Source: an uncultured virus (IMG/VR IMGVR_UViG_3300021960_000064)
Taxonomy: Duplodnaviria > Heunggongvirae > Uroviricota > Caudoviricetes
Virus record (IMG/VR): IMGVR_UViG_3300021960_000064
DNA length: 20,000 bases
Strand: one strand, 5' to 3'
The notes beneath the pieces were generated by a model. The model searched no databases. It saw nothing but the letters and a program-made list of their open reading frames with translations, and was not told the DNA's origin. Positions 1 through 8,731 of this stretch are shown one piece after another; the first letter of the stretch is position 1, and each line of letters starts with the position of its first letter. Position numbers and translations under genes: made by a program.

Positions 1-2311
1 TATTAAGTATTTCTCTAAAAGTGCCTTCTAGTTCAGTGTTCGTTTGTAAATCATAGTCTTTAGTAAATCCAAACTGTTGTCCTGTTTGACTGTCCATGGT
101 AATTCTAGGATTGTAAGCTATGACATTATCATTGTCTTCGTCTACACTTTTGTCAACTACAAAAGTATTAGGTGTAATTAATTCACCAGGATTACCCAAA
201 CCATATGTGTAAGAAGTTTGATATTTTGTTTCATACTCATCAAGTTCTGATAATGTTTTAGCTACATTACCTTTAAGAGCTTCTATTCTAGTTTCATCAG
301 GTTGATCATTTTCGTCAGTGATTCTGATTAAGTTAGTTGGTTTTATTAATTGCTTTAAGGCGTTTCTGTTTCTATTAATTAAGTTACGTCTGAATCTATT
401 TGAAATATCAATAAAAGCGTTAAGTGATCTAGCTTGACCACCTTGTAGTTTGATAAACGATATCATATCTCTATCAGAAATAGCTCTTAAATCTAAACCA
501 CCTTTGTTAGGAGAATAAGTTGATGCTCCTACTAAAGCTAAATCAAATAAAGCTGCATCTAATGCATCTCCTACTACACCATTGTCTTCAAAAAACTTAG
601 CTAAAGGACTTTCTCTAAATTCTGCATAACCTTCTGAGTTAGTAAAATTAGTAAACAAAGCATCTTTAGTTACTTTTTCGTCTCCAATATAAAAAGTAGC
701 ACCACCGTTTTTAGCGTCACCACCTAACACATTACTAAAAGCCTCAAAATTAATTCTTAGAGAATCTACAAATCTAGTTGCAGTACCTGCAAGATTATTG
801 AAAGGTAAATCTTTTGCACCAGGATTAGCTTCTAAAAACTCTTTTAATATTCTATCTTGCTCTCCTGCTGAGCTAAAATAATTGAATACTGCTTGTTGAG
901 TAGCGTCTGCTACACCTACTAACTCGTCATAGGCTTTTATGCCTTTGCCTTTTAATAAACGTTGCATGCCAGCTGAACCACTAGTAAAAGCAACTTCACC
1001 GTCTGCTCCCATAACGAAATTAAAACCACCGTCGTCTCTATATGCGTCAGGGTTAGCTATAAGTTGTTCCATGGTTACTAATTCTTGCTCGCCTGTAGAT
1101 TTGTTTATAACAAATTTAGGTGCACCTCCAGGAATTCTTGTAAGGTCAAAACCTAATTCTTGTTGTGCTGTGTATTGATCAGGTGTTAACCATTTATTAT
1201 CTTGTTGAACACCATCTTTATTTTTTATGCTGTATAATGTTAAATTTGTTGGGTCTTTGTGCCCTTCTCTCAATGTCGCTCCACCTTGTCTAGCAGGATC
1301 CCAAGCGTTGATTGCATCTTGATCCATCATTGTATGTAAAATGCCACCATCTTGAGTGTACACACTCATAGCTTGAACATCTGCATTTTTAGCAGGTCTT
1401 ATATTTTCTGGGAAGTTTTTAGCGTACAGACTAAAAGCTGAATCAGATAAGGGTATAGTTAATTTATCTGTAAATTCACTATTATTACTTACGTCGTACA
1501 TTTTAGGAGCTTTTAAACTTTGATCTCTTAACGCTTTATTAAGTGCTGCTTTATTTTTAAAGTCTAACATACCAAACTGCATTACTAAGTTATTGTAATC
1601 ACTATACTTTTGTCTGTCTTCTGCTCGTAATTCTTTTTTGTAATTTAACTCACCTGATTTTTTAGCTGTAAAATAAGCTAAAGCACTTTCACTTAAAGCT
1701 GTGCTCCAATCATCTCCTTCAGCACCAGATTTAATTAGCTTAGAAGCTAACATTAACCACGGCAGACCTTCACTTGGTTTTGGTATATCCTCATTGTATT
1801 TTAATTTACCTTGTAATAATTCTGCTGCTGCGTAAATTTGATCCATATCAAAGTCTGTAGGATCTGACGCCAGTATTTCGCCTTTGGTTTTTATAATGTT
1901 TTTTACATCTTTTTCATTACCAGAAGCTAACATTTGAATAGAATCAATTTGACCTGTCTCTTGTCTTTTATCTAATACAGGTAATACTTCACCTGGGTTA
2001 GCTGGATCTGCACCTATATCTTCAACTAGATAGTCGGCTACATCTTGACCTACTAACGCCCCCATCTCTTCATTCATAGGGACACTCGGTATACCACTGG
2101 GCATCGTTTGAGACAGTTGTCTTCCTGCATTTATAGTAGCAGGCACATTACTTTGTTGAAAACTTGAATCTAGACCTTGGCTTTGTAACATAGCAGTAAC
2201 ACGCTCTCTAGGTATGCCAGTCTCTTTTATAATAGTTTCCATAGGAATATTACGATCGAGCATGTCCGATGCTTTTTGTTCGTTTAGAAATCTTAACGGA
2301 TCAATTGCCAT
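1..2311 (-). CDS. Large internal virion / DNA ejection protein, 3' end truncated by the window (at least 770 aa, MAIDPLRFLNEQKASDML...)
   Basis: Not in the ORF track because it has no stop in the window. ATG at 2309-2311 with AGGA RBS (TAGGATAAAACATG) right after the upstream stop; frame open in the stretches translated, including the window edge. Follows two Gly/Gln-rich ejection-type genes, as in podovirus core-protein order. Confidence 0.7.
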   Translation of the reverse strand, partial: MAIDPLRFLNEQKASDMLDRNIPMETIIKETGIPRERVTAMLQSQGLDSSFQQSNVPATINAGRQLSQTMPSGIPSVPMNEEMGALVGQDVADYLVEDIGADPANPGEVLPVLDKRQETGQIDSIQMLASGNEKDVKNIIKTKGEILASDPTDFDMDQIYAAAELLQGKLKYNEDIPKPSEGLPWLMLASKLIKSGAEGDDWSTALSESALAYFTAKKSGELNYKKELRAEDRQKYSDYNNLVMQFGMLDFKNKAALNKALRDQSLKAPKMYDVSNNSEFTDKLTIPLSDSAFSLYAKNFPENIRPAKNADVQAMSVYTQDGGILHTMMDQDAINAWDPARQGGATLREGHKDPTNLTLYSIKNKDGVQQDNKWLTPDQYTAQQELGFDLTRIPGGAPKFVINKSTGEQELVTMEQLIANPDAYRDDGGFNFVMGADGEVAFTSGSAGMQRLLKGKGIKAYDELVGVADATQQAVFNYFSSAGEQDRILKEFLEANPGAKDLPFNNLAGTATRFVDSLRINFEAFSNVLGGDAKNGGATFYIGDEKVTKDALFTNFTNSEGYAEFRESPLAKFFEDNGVVGDALDAALFDLALVGASTYSPNKGGLDLRAISDRDMISFIKLQGGQARSLNAFIDISNRFRRNLINRNRNALKQLIKPTNLIRITDENDQPDETRIEALKGNVAKTLSELDEYETKYQTSYTYGLGNPGELITPNTFVVDKSVDEDNDNVIAYNPRITMDSQTGQQFGFTKDYDLQTNTELEGTFREILN

Positions 2312-2319
2312 GTTTTATC

Positions 2320-3531
2320 CTATGTTGGTCTAGTAGCACCGTAAATTGCTGCTGCTGTACCTATGCCTTGCATTAATGAATTACTAGGGCTACTAGTACT
2401 AGATTGAGTTAAGTTAGTTCCGCCTAACGCTGGGGCGAACCCTGCAGCAGTTTGACCAAATTGACTAAAGAGCTGAGTAGGTAAGTTATATTGACCTACA
2501 AAGTTTTGATAGTTCATATCTAAGTTAGCTTGATCTAATCCACGTTGCATTCCGCCTATGCCTAATAAAGTTTGAGTATCTTGGTTTTGTAACCCAGCTA
2601 AACCTTGACCGAAACCAGCTAACTGACCGCCTACGTTAGAGCCAAACTGACCTAACCCTAGCCCTGTGGTAGCTATATCTCGCCCTACTCCACCATATAT
2701 ATTACTTAACCCTGTTCCTAACGCTCCAAGTCCTCCAGCGACGTTACCTTGTTGACCAGCAAAATTACCGTATAACTGTGCATTTTGAAGCTGTCTACGT
2801 TGTTGCTGTTCGAATGCTTGTTGTGCTTGATTTTGAGCTTGACTAAATCCACCAGCACGTATTCCGCCAACTGCTTCTGTTGCACCACGACCAAACTGTC
2901 GTGCTATCTCTTCTTGATTTAATCTACCTCTACTCCCACCAAACGCACCACTAGCCACTTGATTTGCTCTATCTTGTACAGAAGCTATACCAAACTGCCT
3001 ATCTATATCTTGTAGAGTTTGATCTACTACTTGGTCTTCAAAAGGATTAAAATACCCTTGAGCCATTCCTGGATTAAAAGTGTTTGTACCTTGTGAACCT
3101 AAATTTTGAGCTGTTCTAAATTGTCCAGGTAACCCCCTTAACATTCCTGCTGCTTCTCTTACCGCACCTGCCCCTTCCTGACCAGCTTGTTGCATGTATT
3201 GAGTACCTATGTCACTGGCTCTTCTTACGTCTGACACACCTTGCTCGGCTAGTTGTTCACCTCTTCTAAAAAACGGTTGATAACTACCTATGCCTTCTGC
3301 TGCATTTTGAAACCCTTGTCGTTCTGCCCCGCTAAACCCAGCTATACGTGGGTCTGTGTAATTAAACGGAGAACCTCCCTCTTGACCCATGCTCTGTAAT
3401 TTATTAACAAGGTCTTGATTCATCAACGGCATTATTCCAGGGACATTGGCTCCTGGCACACCAGCAAAAAACTGTTGTAAATATGCTGGTGGTAAACTTT
3501 CCTGTCTTGTGTAAGCTGTCTCTGTAGCCAT
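2320..3531 (-). CDS. DNA transfer / ejection protein (P22 gp20-like role), 403 aa
   Basis: Gln/Gly/Ala-rich helical protein with YFNPFEDQVV and GAFGGSR motifs and a C-terminal GIGTAAAIYG glycine zipper, typical of podovirus ejection proteins; TAATG coupling to the upstream gene. Confidence 0.7.
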   Translation of the reverse strand: MATETAYTRQESLPPAYLQQFFAGVPGANVPGIMPLMNQDLVNKLQSMGQEGGSPFNYTDPRIAGFSGAERQGFQNAAEGIGSYQPFFRRGEQLAEQGVSDVRRASDIGTQYMQQAGQEGAGAVREAAGMLRGLPGQFRTAQNLGSQGTNTFNPGMAQGYFNPFEDQVVDQTLQDIDRQFGIASVQDRANQVASGAFGGSRGRLNQEEIARQFGRGATEAVGGIRAGGFSQAQNQAQQAFEQQQRRQLQNAQLYGNFAGQQGNVAGGLGALGTGLSNIYGGVGRDIATTGLGLGQFGSNVGGQLAGFGQGLAGLQNQDTQTLLGIGGMQRGLDQANLDMNYQNFVGQYNLPTQLFSQFGQTAAGFAPALGGTNLTQSSTSSPSNSLMQGIGTAAAIYGATRPT

Positions 3532-4484
3532 TATGCTCTTCCTATGCCCATACTTTGAGCTTTGTTTTCATTTCTATCCATCATAGCGTATAGATTAGCT
3601 ATGCCTGTGTCGTGGTTTCCGTTACCTATACCTGTTACTGCTTGTTTAGTCATCACGAACTCACCGTCCGCTAGTAGTGCAGGTACAGTATCTTCATCAC
3701 CAGAACCTTCTGGGTCATTTATATCACCACCGTTTTCTCTTAAATCCATTTGAGGTATAGAACCACCGTCCATTAACTTAGCTATTCCGCCCCCAAACTT
3801 AGCTCCTATAGGCTGTTGTTGAAACTCAGGAAAAGCAATATCACCGTAACCTTGATCTAATAAACCAGCGTAGGTTTGGTTAATAGGGTCATACCCAGCA
3901 AAGCTAGAAGCTAATGCATTACCACCTCCAGGTAGTCCTACAGGTATGCCTGCTGTACTATATGCGTTACTTAATGTAGCTGGTGTTAAACCTCTGGTAA
4001 GATAAGGATTTGTTGCTGCTGGCATTTGTGCGTTACCTTCTTCTGCCCCTAACCCACTTAACATTGATCCTCCAACAGCTGTAACTCCTGCTTTTTGTAA
4101 AGGAGTTAAAGAACTAAAACTTAACCCTAAAGGTGTTGTACCATAAGATGTTCCAGTAGCTAAATTTGAGCCTAAAGAACCTAAATTTTGAAAAAATCCG
4201 CCTATACCTTGTTTAGTAGCTGTTGGTGCAGTTCTAGATAAAAAACTTCCACTGCCAGGAGTTATGGTGTCTGGTGTAATACCAGCCCCTACTGCCATAT
4301 GAGCACCACCGTAAACTTTAGCTGCACTCGTTAATGAATCTTTAAAACTTCTGCCTTCTGCTGTTGAACCTATACCTTGTCCTATAGCAGCACCTGCTGG
4401 TCCACCGACTACAAACCCTACAACCGTGGCGATATCTCGTAAGTTTTTCTTAAAGAACTTTCCTACTTTTTTTAATCCACCCAT
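3531..4484 (-). CDS. Internal virion / ejection (pilot) protein, 317 aa
   Basis: Basic amphipathic N-terminus then glycine zipper (VVGFVVGGPAGAAIGQGIG); C-terminal DTVPALLADGEFVMTKQAV motif that I recognise from marine podovirus virion proteins. Confidence 0.65.
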   Translation of the reverse strand: MGGLKKVGKFFKKNLRDIATVVGFVVGGPAGAAIGQGIGSTAEGRSFKDSLTSAAKVYGGAHMAVGAGITPDTITPGSGSFLSRTAPTATKQGIGGFFQNLGSLGSNLATGTSYGTTPLGLSFSSLTPLQKAGVTAVGGSMLSGLGAEEGNAQMPAATNPYLTRGLTPATLSNAYSTAGIPVGLPGGGNALASSFAGYDPINQTYAGLLDQGYGDIAFPEFQQQPIGAKFGGGIAKLMDGGSIPQMDLRENGGDINDPEGSGDEDTVPALLADGEFVMTKQAVTGIGNGNHDTGIANLYAMMDRNENKAQSMGIGRA

Positions 4485-4622
4485 TTACTTTTCCCTGGCT
4501 TTCTTTTTAATTTCACGTTCGTTCATCAAAAGTCTGAGGTCATGCCACCTGTAAAACTGTTTATTAACATCATCCCAAAACCATCCTTTAAAATCTTGTT
4601 GTTTTGTCATTGGATCAGTCAT
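4485..4622 (-). CDS. Small hypothetical protein, 45 aa (MTDPMTKQQDFKGWFWDDVNKQFYRWHDLRLLMNEREIKKKAREK); alternative start at 4610
   Basis: Translated by hand; below the ORF-track cutoff. It fills the gap exactly: ATG overlaps the upstream gene end, and TAA (4485-4487) abuts the next ATG (4482-4484). Confidence 0.65.
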   Translation of the reverse strand: MTDPMTKQQDFKGWFWDDVNKQFYRWHDLRLLMNEREIKKKAREK

Positions 4623-5091
4623 TGTTACTATTATTGTATATCAAACTTACCCAATTAAGAAAGGTTTTTTGATCTTTATTGTGTTTCATATAGTTTACCC
4701 TTTTACAAACGAGTTGTATATTGCTTATAACGTATTGACCTTCTGGGTCTATACGGTCTATTGATATGTTTGTCTCTCCTATTTCAGCGTGTGTTCTTAC
4801 ATGCGTCATTTCTACTCCTGAAAGAGCACATTTACCTTCTTGATTGAGATACAGTTGATATATTTCTTTTTTTCCTATGTCCCACTTATGTCCTTGTTTT
4901 TTACGACTGTATCGTAGTTGTACTACTAAGTTACGAATATAACTTTTAGGACTGCGATTCACTCGATGTACCGCTTGAGCTGTTTTACATTTTAAACATT
5001 GACGACGTTTGTGTTTTTGATCAAAAAATATAAAAAGTTTGACTTTTTTACAATCAACACAACGGTGATTAATTTTGTTGAGTTGTAACAC
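4615..5091 (-). CDS. HNH / endonuclease VII-like (His-Me finger) protein with N-terminal zinc ribbon, 158 aa
   Basis: CVDC...CLKC at the N-terminus; GKCALSG...SIDRIDPEGQYVISNIQLVCKRVNYMK matches the beta-beta-alpha-metal pattern; very basic. GTG start is uncertain. Confidence 0.65.
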   Translation of the reverse strand: MLQLNKINHRCVDCKKVKLFIFFDQKHKRRQCLKCKTAQAVHRVNRSPKSYIRNLVVQLRYSRKKQGHKWDIGKKEIYQLYLNQEGKCALSGVEMTHVRTHAEIGETNISIDRIDPEGQYVISNIQLVCKRVNYMKHNKDQKTFLNWVSLIYNNSNND

Positions 5092-5392
5092 TTACCGTGC
5101 CCAAACTAGCTGTAGTAGAGTAGCCAGAGTTTGTAGCGTAAAATTGAGACGTAAATAAATCTCTCCATAAAGTACCATCCCAACATTGTAATGTATTAGT
5201 ATTTGTATTAAATACTAAAGAGCCGATATTAAAGAACCCTTCATTTCTTTCTACCGTATTCATTTGACGTGTATTATCAGGGTCGAACTGCCCTAAGTTG
5301 AGTTCTAGTACACGTACTAAACGGTTATACGTATCAGATTCTACCTGAGGAGACAAACTGATGGGTAAACGTGTAGGCAGTAGTTTGCTCAT
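5069..5392 (-). CDS. Hypothetical virion protein downstream of nozzle, 107 aa
   Basis: ATGA overlap with the nozzle stop; GSLVFNTNTNTLQCWDGTLW is a tail-fibre-like motif. Confidence 0.6.
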   Translation of the reverse strand: MSKLLPTRLPISLSPQVESDTYNRLVRVLELNLGQFDPDNTRQMNTVERNEGFFNIGSLVFNTNTNTLQCWDGTLWRDLFTSQFYATNSGYSTTASLGTVSVTTQQN

Positions 5393-7260
5393 CTACGTCC
5401 ATCAGGTTGTACATTAAGTCTTGTAGCTCCTAAACGCCACCCAACATTATCATTACCAGAACTACCAGCGTCGTCATCAGATTCAAGTCTAAATGTTATT
5501 TGTCTAGCTCTAGCTCGTATATCTGCTTTTGAAGTATCTGCAGCAATTTGACTTGTACTAGCTGTAGTTAATGTATCTCCTGGATAATCTCTAGTTTTTA
5601 ATACCAGATTAACTTTACCTGAACTGCTGTTGCTCAAGAATTTAATATCTGGAATAATTCTGTTAATAAAAGCAAAATTTTCACCATCATCTATATCAAC
5701 ATCACTACTTTCTATAAACACATTTGTCATAGGACTGCCGTCATTATCATAACCAAACTCTTGTTCATACAAGTAACTACCTGTCGTAGCTCTAGGATAA
5801 TTTTCTACACCAGAATCTAACCATGCTGTTCTATTTAACTGACCTATAGTCCAGACTTTTTCTGCGTAATTGTAAATAACATAACGATCAATATCATCAG
5901 AACTAGCGGAAGGGTAAAACCAACCTACTTCATTAAATTCACTATTATTGAAAGCAAACACTTTAAAAGCCTGACCTGGATTAAAGTCATCAAATACATA
6001 ACTCAAGACACTACAAGGTATTTTTTGCACTGATCCGTTATATACATAAAAACTATCGTAACCCATCCAGTAAACTCCACTAGAACTGCTAATAGCTCCC
6101 TTAGGACTTACAAGACCACTACTGTCATTAATTAAATTTAAACCGAATGTAAACGGTGGTCCAATAAACTGCATAGAGTATAAAGCTGTATCAGTCCAGA
6201 TCAATACTTCTTGTCTAGCTTTTACACCTCCGATAATTTGACTACCTTCAGAAAGTCTTAAACTACCTGCTGTGTTTGTATTACTGGGATTAAAGTCAAG
6301 TGGATTTTCTTGATCACTAAAAGCTATGAGCATAGGATCAATAACTCCTGTTCTAGAACTACCTGATATAGCATCAGCTCCTAAAACTATAACATGTCTA
6401 TCGGTTTCGCTAACAAGAACTTGTAGCCCTAGTGTAGGAACTAAATCTGCTCCGCTTTGTGTGGCTAAGTTATAAGCTCTTGTTGTCACACCGTTAGTCG
6501 CGTCCCAATAATATACTCCTCCGCCACGTGGATTTATAAGTAAGTCCTCACCGAAATTATCGTGTGACCAAAGTCTTAACTGATTACCTAAAGTTAAAGC
6601 AGTTGTGCTGCCCCATGTACTGTCTCCCCAAAGCCCTACACCCCAACCTGTAGAAGTAACAAAAATATCTAATCCTATGGTAACTTGATAAGCCCCTACT
6701 GTAGATCCACCACCGTTTCCGCTGTCACCTGCTGCTGCTAAAACTGTAGCTCCACTTGTATCTTTAGCTTCTATCGTATAGGAGTTAGCATTTACAATCG
6801 TGGCTATTTCATATTCTTGATTTAACACAGCAGCAACAATATTTCCACCTAGACTAACTGCTCCACTATAGGTAACAAAGTCACCAACTACTGCTCCGTG
6901 TGCTGTATCACTAACTGTAATTGTAGCATCTCCGTTGCCTACTTTAGCAAAAGTAACATCCCCAGCACTAGTGGTAGATCTTAAAGGAGTTATATCGTTA
7001 AAAGTTGAACCTTCTTCTATGTAGTATTTTTTGTTTGTGCCTAACCCTAAAAGTTTTGTGCCTGCTAAAGTAAGCCAACCGTGTAAAGCTCTACATGTAC
7101 CTAAAAACGTAGTGAGGTTATCTTTACGCCAACCACCTATTTTTTGTGGTCTGCCTGCTTTGAACCTAACTAAGTTAGCATCAAACCAACCGCCCTCATT
7201 ATCGTAATCGGTACCTTCTCTAGATACTCCTGGACGAAAAACAAATTTGTTAAGTGGCAT
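5389..7260 (-). CDS. Tail nozzle / tail tubular protein B-like (P22 gp10-type beta-propeller), about 623 aa
   Basis: MPLNKFVFRPG start (ATG 7258-7260 preferred over 7272); WSHDNFGEDLL, FSDQENP, EVGWFYPS, WRLG...PDGRR motifs; size and position before the ejection genes fit a podovirus nozzle. Confidence 0.75.
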   Translation of the reverse strand: MPLNKFVFRPGVSREGTDYDNEGGWFDANLVRFKAGRPQKIGGWRKDNLTTFLGTCRALHGWLTLAGTKLLGLGTNKKYYIEEGSTFNDITPLRSTTSAGDVTFAKVGNGDATITVSDTAHGAVVGDFVTYSGAVSLGGNIVAAVLNQEYEIATIVNANSYTIEAKDTSGATVLAAAGDSGNGGGSTVGAYQVTIGLDIFVTSTGWGVGLWGDSTWGSTTALTLGNQLRLWSHDNFGEDLLINPRGGGVYYWDATNGVTTRAYNLATQSGADLVPTLGLQVLVSETDRHVIVLGADAISGSSRTGVIDPMLIAFSDQENPLDFNPSNTNTAGSLRLSEGSQIIGGVKARQEVLIWTDTALYSMQFIGPPFTFGLNLINDSSGLVSPKGAISSSSGVYWMGYDSFYVYNGSVQKIPCSVLSYVFDDFNPGQAFKVFAFNNSEFNEVGWFYPSASSDDIDRYVIYNYAEKVWTIGQLNRTAWLDSGVENYPRATTGSYLYEQEFGYDNDGSPMTNVFIESSDVDIDDGENFAFINRIIPDIKFLSNSSSGKVNLVLKTRDYPGDTLTTASTSQIAADTSKADIRARARQITFRLESDDDAGSSGNDNVGWRLGATRLNVQPDGRR

Positions 7261-7690
7261 TTTGACCCTCAAACATATCTGATTCTGCTTCTCTTCTTCT
7301 TACTAAACCTTCTAAAATTTTTCCACCTGCTTTGTTCCAACGTTTCATTTGAGCTGGAACTTCATCATATTTTCCTTCATTTAAAATTCGTAGCATACTA
7401 GATTTTTTTAAATTGTTTGGTCCTAAATTGTAAACCCAAGAAACTAAAGCATCAAATTGACATTGATTTATAGGTACAGTTACTAAAGAGTTGATATAAT
7501 GTTCGTATTCCTCTTCAAGTTCTCGCCATAACATAAATTCTGCTTTTTCTTCTGACCACTTGTCACCTTCTTGTACGTCCTTAGTATGACCATAACCTAT
7601 AGTCCATACACCTGCGGCACATTGATATGCTTCAAGTTCACAACCTTCGAAAGATTTTATGAGTTCATACCCAGCGTCTGAAATATGCAT
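7250..7690 (-). CDS. Endolysin, GH24 (T4-like) lysozyme, 146 aa
   Basis: IKSFEG-x-AYQCAAGVWTIGYGHT and FDALVSWVYNLG...GLVRRREAE motifs. True start is likely ATG 7688-7690 (TAATG overlap with upstream stop), not 7846. Confidence 0.93.
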   Translation of the reverse strand: MHISDAGYELIKSFEGCELEAYQCAAGVWTIGYGHTKDVQEGDKWSEEKAEFMLWRELEEEYEHYINSLVTVPINQCQFDALVSWVYNLGPNNLKKSSMLRILNEGKYDEVPAQMKRWNKAGGKILEGLVRRREAESDMFEGQNAT

Positions 7691-7905
7691 TAAATTGCTA
7701 CTATTCCTGTCAAAGATGCCAGCAAGAGTGTCGCCATAAAACCCAAAGTTCCAAACATTGCCATCTTTAATGTTCCGTTTAGATCGTTCATTTCTTTTTT
7801 TATATCTGCTGTTTCTGCAAAAATAGTTTTCCATCTTTCCTCGCATTTTGCTTCATGTGCTCGTAAATCTGACGCTACATCATGTGCTGTTTTTCTATTC
7901 GCCAT
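7690..7905 (-). CDS. Small coiled-coil protein with C-terminal TM helix (XhlA/holin-associated type), 71 aa
   Basis: MANRKTAHDVASDLRAHEAKCEERWKTIF, coiled coil, then a hydrophobic C-terminus; lies between the holin-like gene and the lysozyme. ATG 7903-7905 preferred over 7932. Confidence 0.6.
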   Translation of the reverse strand: MANRKTAHDVASDLRAHEAKCEERWKTIFAETADIKKEMNDLNGTLKMAMFGTLGFMATLLLASLTGIVAI

Positions 7906-8380
7906 CTTTATCAGGAGTATTAGAAGCACCAAAATAGAAAGAAATTACAGCACTTGCTAGACCTCCTAAATAACCTAGCACTAAGTTAATTAATGCTTCG
8001 CTGTTTTGCTCTGGTGGTTGTAGTGTCACTAAAAATATGTAGCCCATAAACCCACCTACAACAACTGTACCCATAATTCTAGCTGTCCAGTCTTTACTAA
8101 ACTTGCCTCTAGCGTCAGCTTTATCTTGAACTTCTAGTTTAAATACATCTACTTCTAATTCTTTCATGTGTAACTCAAAACTTTGTTCTGCTTTTTTAAG
8201 CTCAAGCATTTGTTCAGGAGTAGCTGATTGAATAGCTTTATTAATAGATTTAGGATCTGATTGACAACCTAACACACCTGCGATAACCGATGCTGCTTGA
8301 CCACCTAACGGACCACCTAAAGCTGAACCGAGTGTTGGGGCTAAAGCTCCAACCATATTTTTTATTAAATCAAACTTCAT
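7895..8380 (-). CDS. Putative holin, 161 aa
   Basis: N-terminal glycine zipper (APTLGSALGGPLGG), two C-terminal TM helices ending SFYFGAS; adjacent to the lysozyme. Confidence 0.6.
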   Translation of the reverse strand: MKFDLIKNMVGALAPTLGSALGGPLGGQAASVIAGVLGCQSDPKSINKAIQSATPEQMLELKKAEQSFELHMKELEVDVFKLEVQDKADARGKFSKDWTARIMGTVVVGGFMGYIFLVTLQPPEQNSEALINLVLGYLGGLASAVISFYFGASNTPDKDGE

Positions 8381-8381
8381 A

Positions 8382-8723
8382 TTACCCCGCTAGTGGATTA
8401 CCACTTTCTAGTTTAGATATCTCTTTATCAAGACTAATTAAATCGGCTTTAATTGTAGCGATATCTGTTTTAATTTCTGTAACATCTGGTATGTTTAAAT
8501 TGTCAATTTCTTTTTCTAAAAATTGAACAGCTGTTTCAATCTTACCAAACCTTTCTTCTATAACTTTTTGTGCTTGTTCAGTATCGCCTATACCACCAAT
8601 CTTAGCTTCAAGGTTATCTATTCTATTAACATAAGTAGCACCAGTATAGCCAAAACCAGCGAGGGTTGTTACAATACCAGCTAAAGCGATTACTTGTGTT
8701 GTTTTATTTTCAAACCAATTCAT
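8382..8723 (-). CDS. Membrane-anchored coiled-coil protein, 113 aa, ending NPLAG
   Basis: AGGAG RBS overlapping the upstream TAG; N-terminal hydrophobic segment followed by heptad repeats (IKTDIATIKADLISLDKEISKL). Confidence 0.7.
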   Translation of the reverse strand: MNWFENKTTQVIALAGIVTTLAGFGYTGATYVNRIDNLEAKIGGIGDTEQAQKVIEERFGKIETAVQFLEKEIDNLNIPDVTEIKTDIATIKADLISLDKEISKLESGNPLAG

Positions 8724-8731
8724 ACATTCTC

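Noticed and set aside
7691..7846. N-terminal extension of the lysozyme (possible SAR/signal region)
   Set aside because: It overlaps the 71-aa gene in another frame and is not hydrophobic; TAATG coupling at 7688-7692 gives a normal-length GH24 enzyme.
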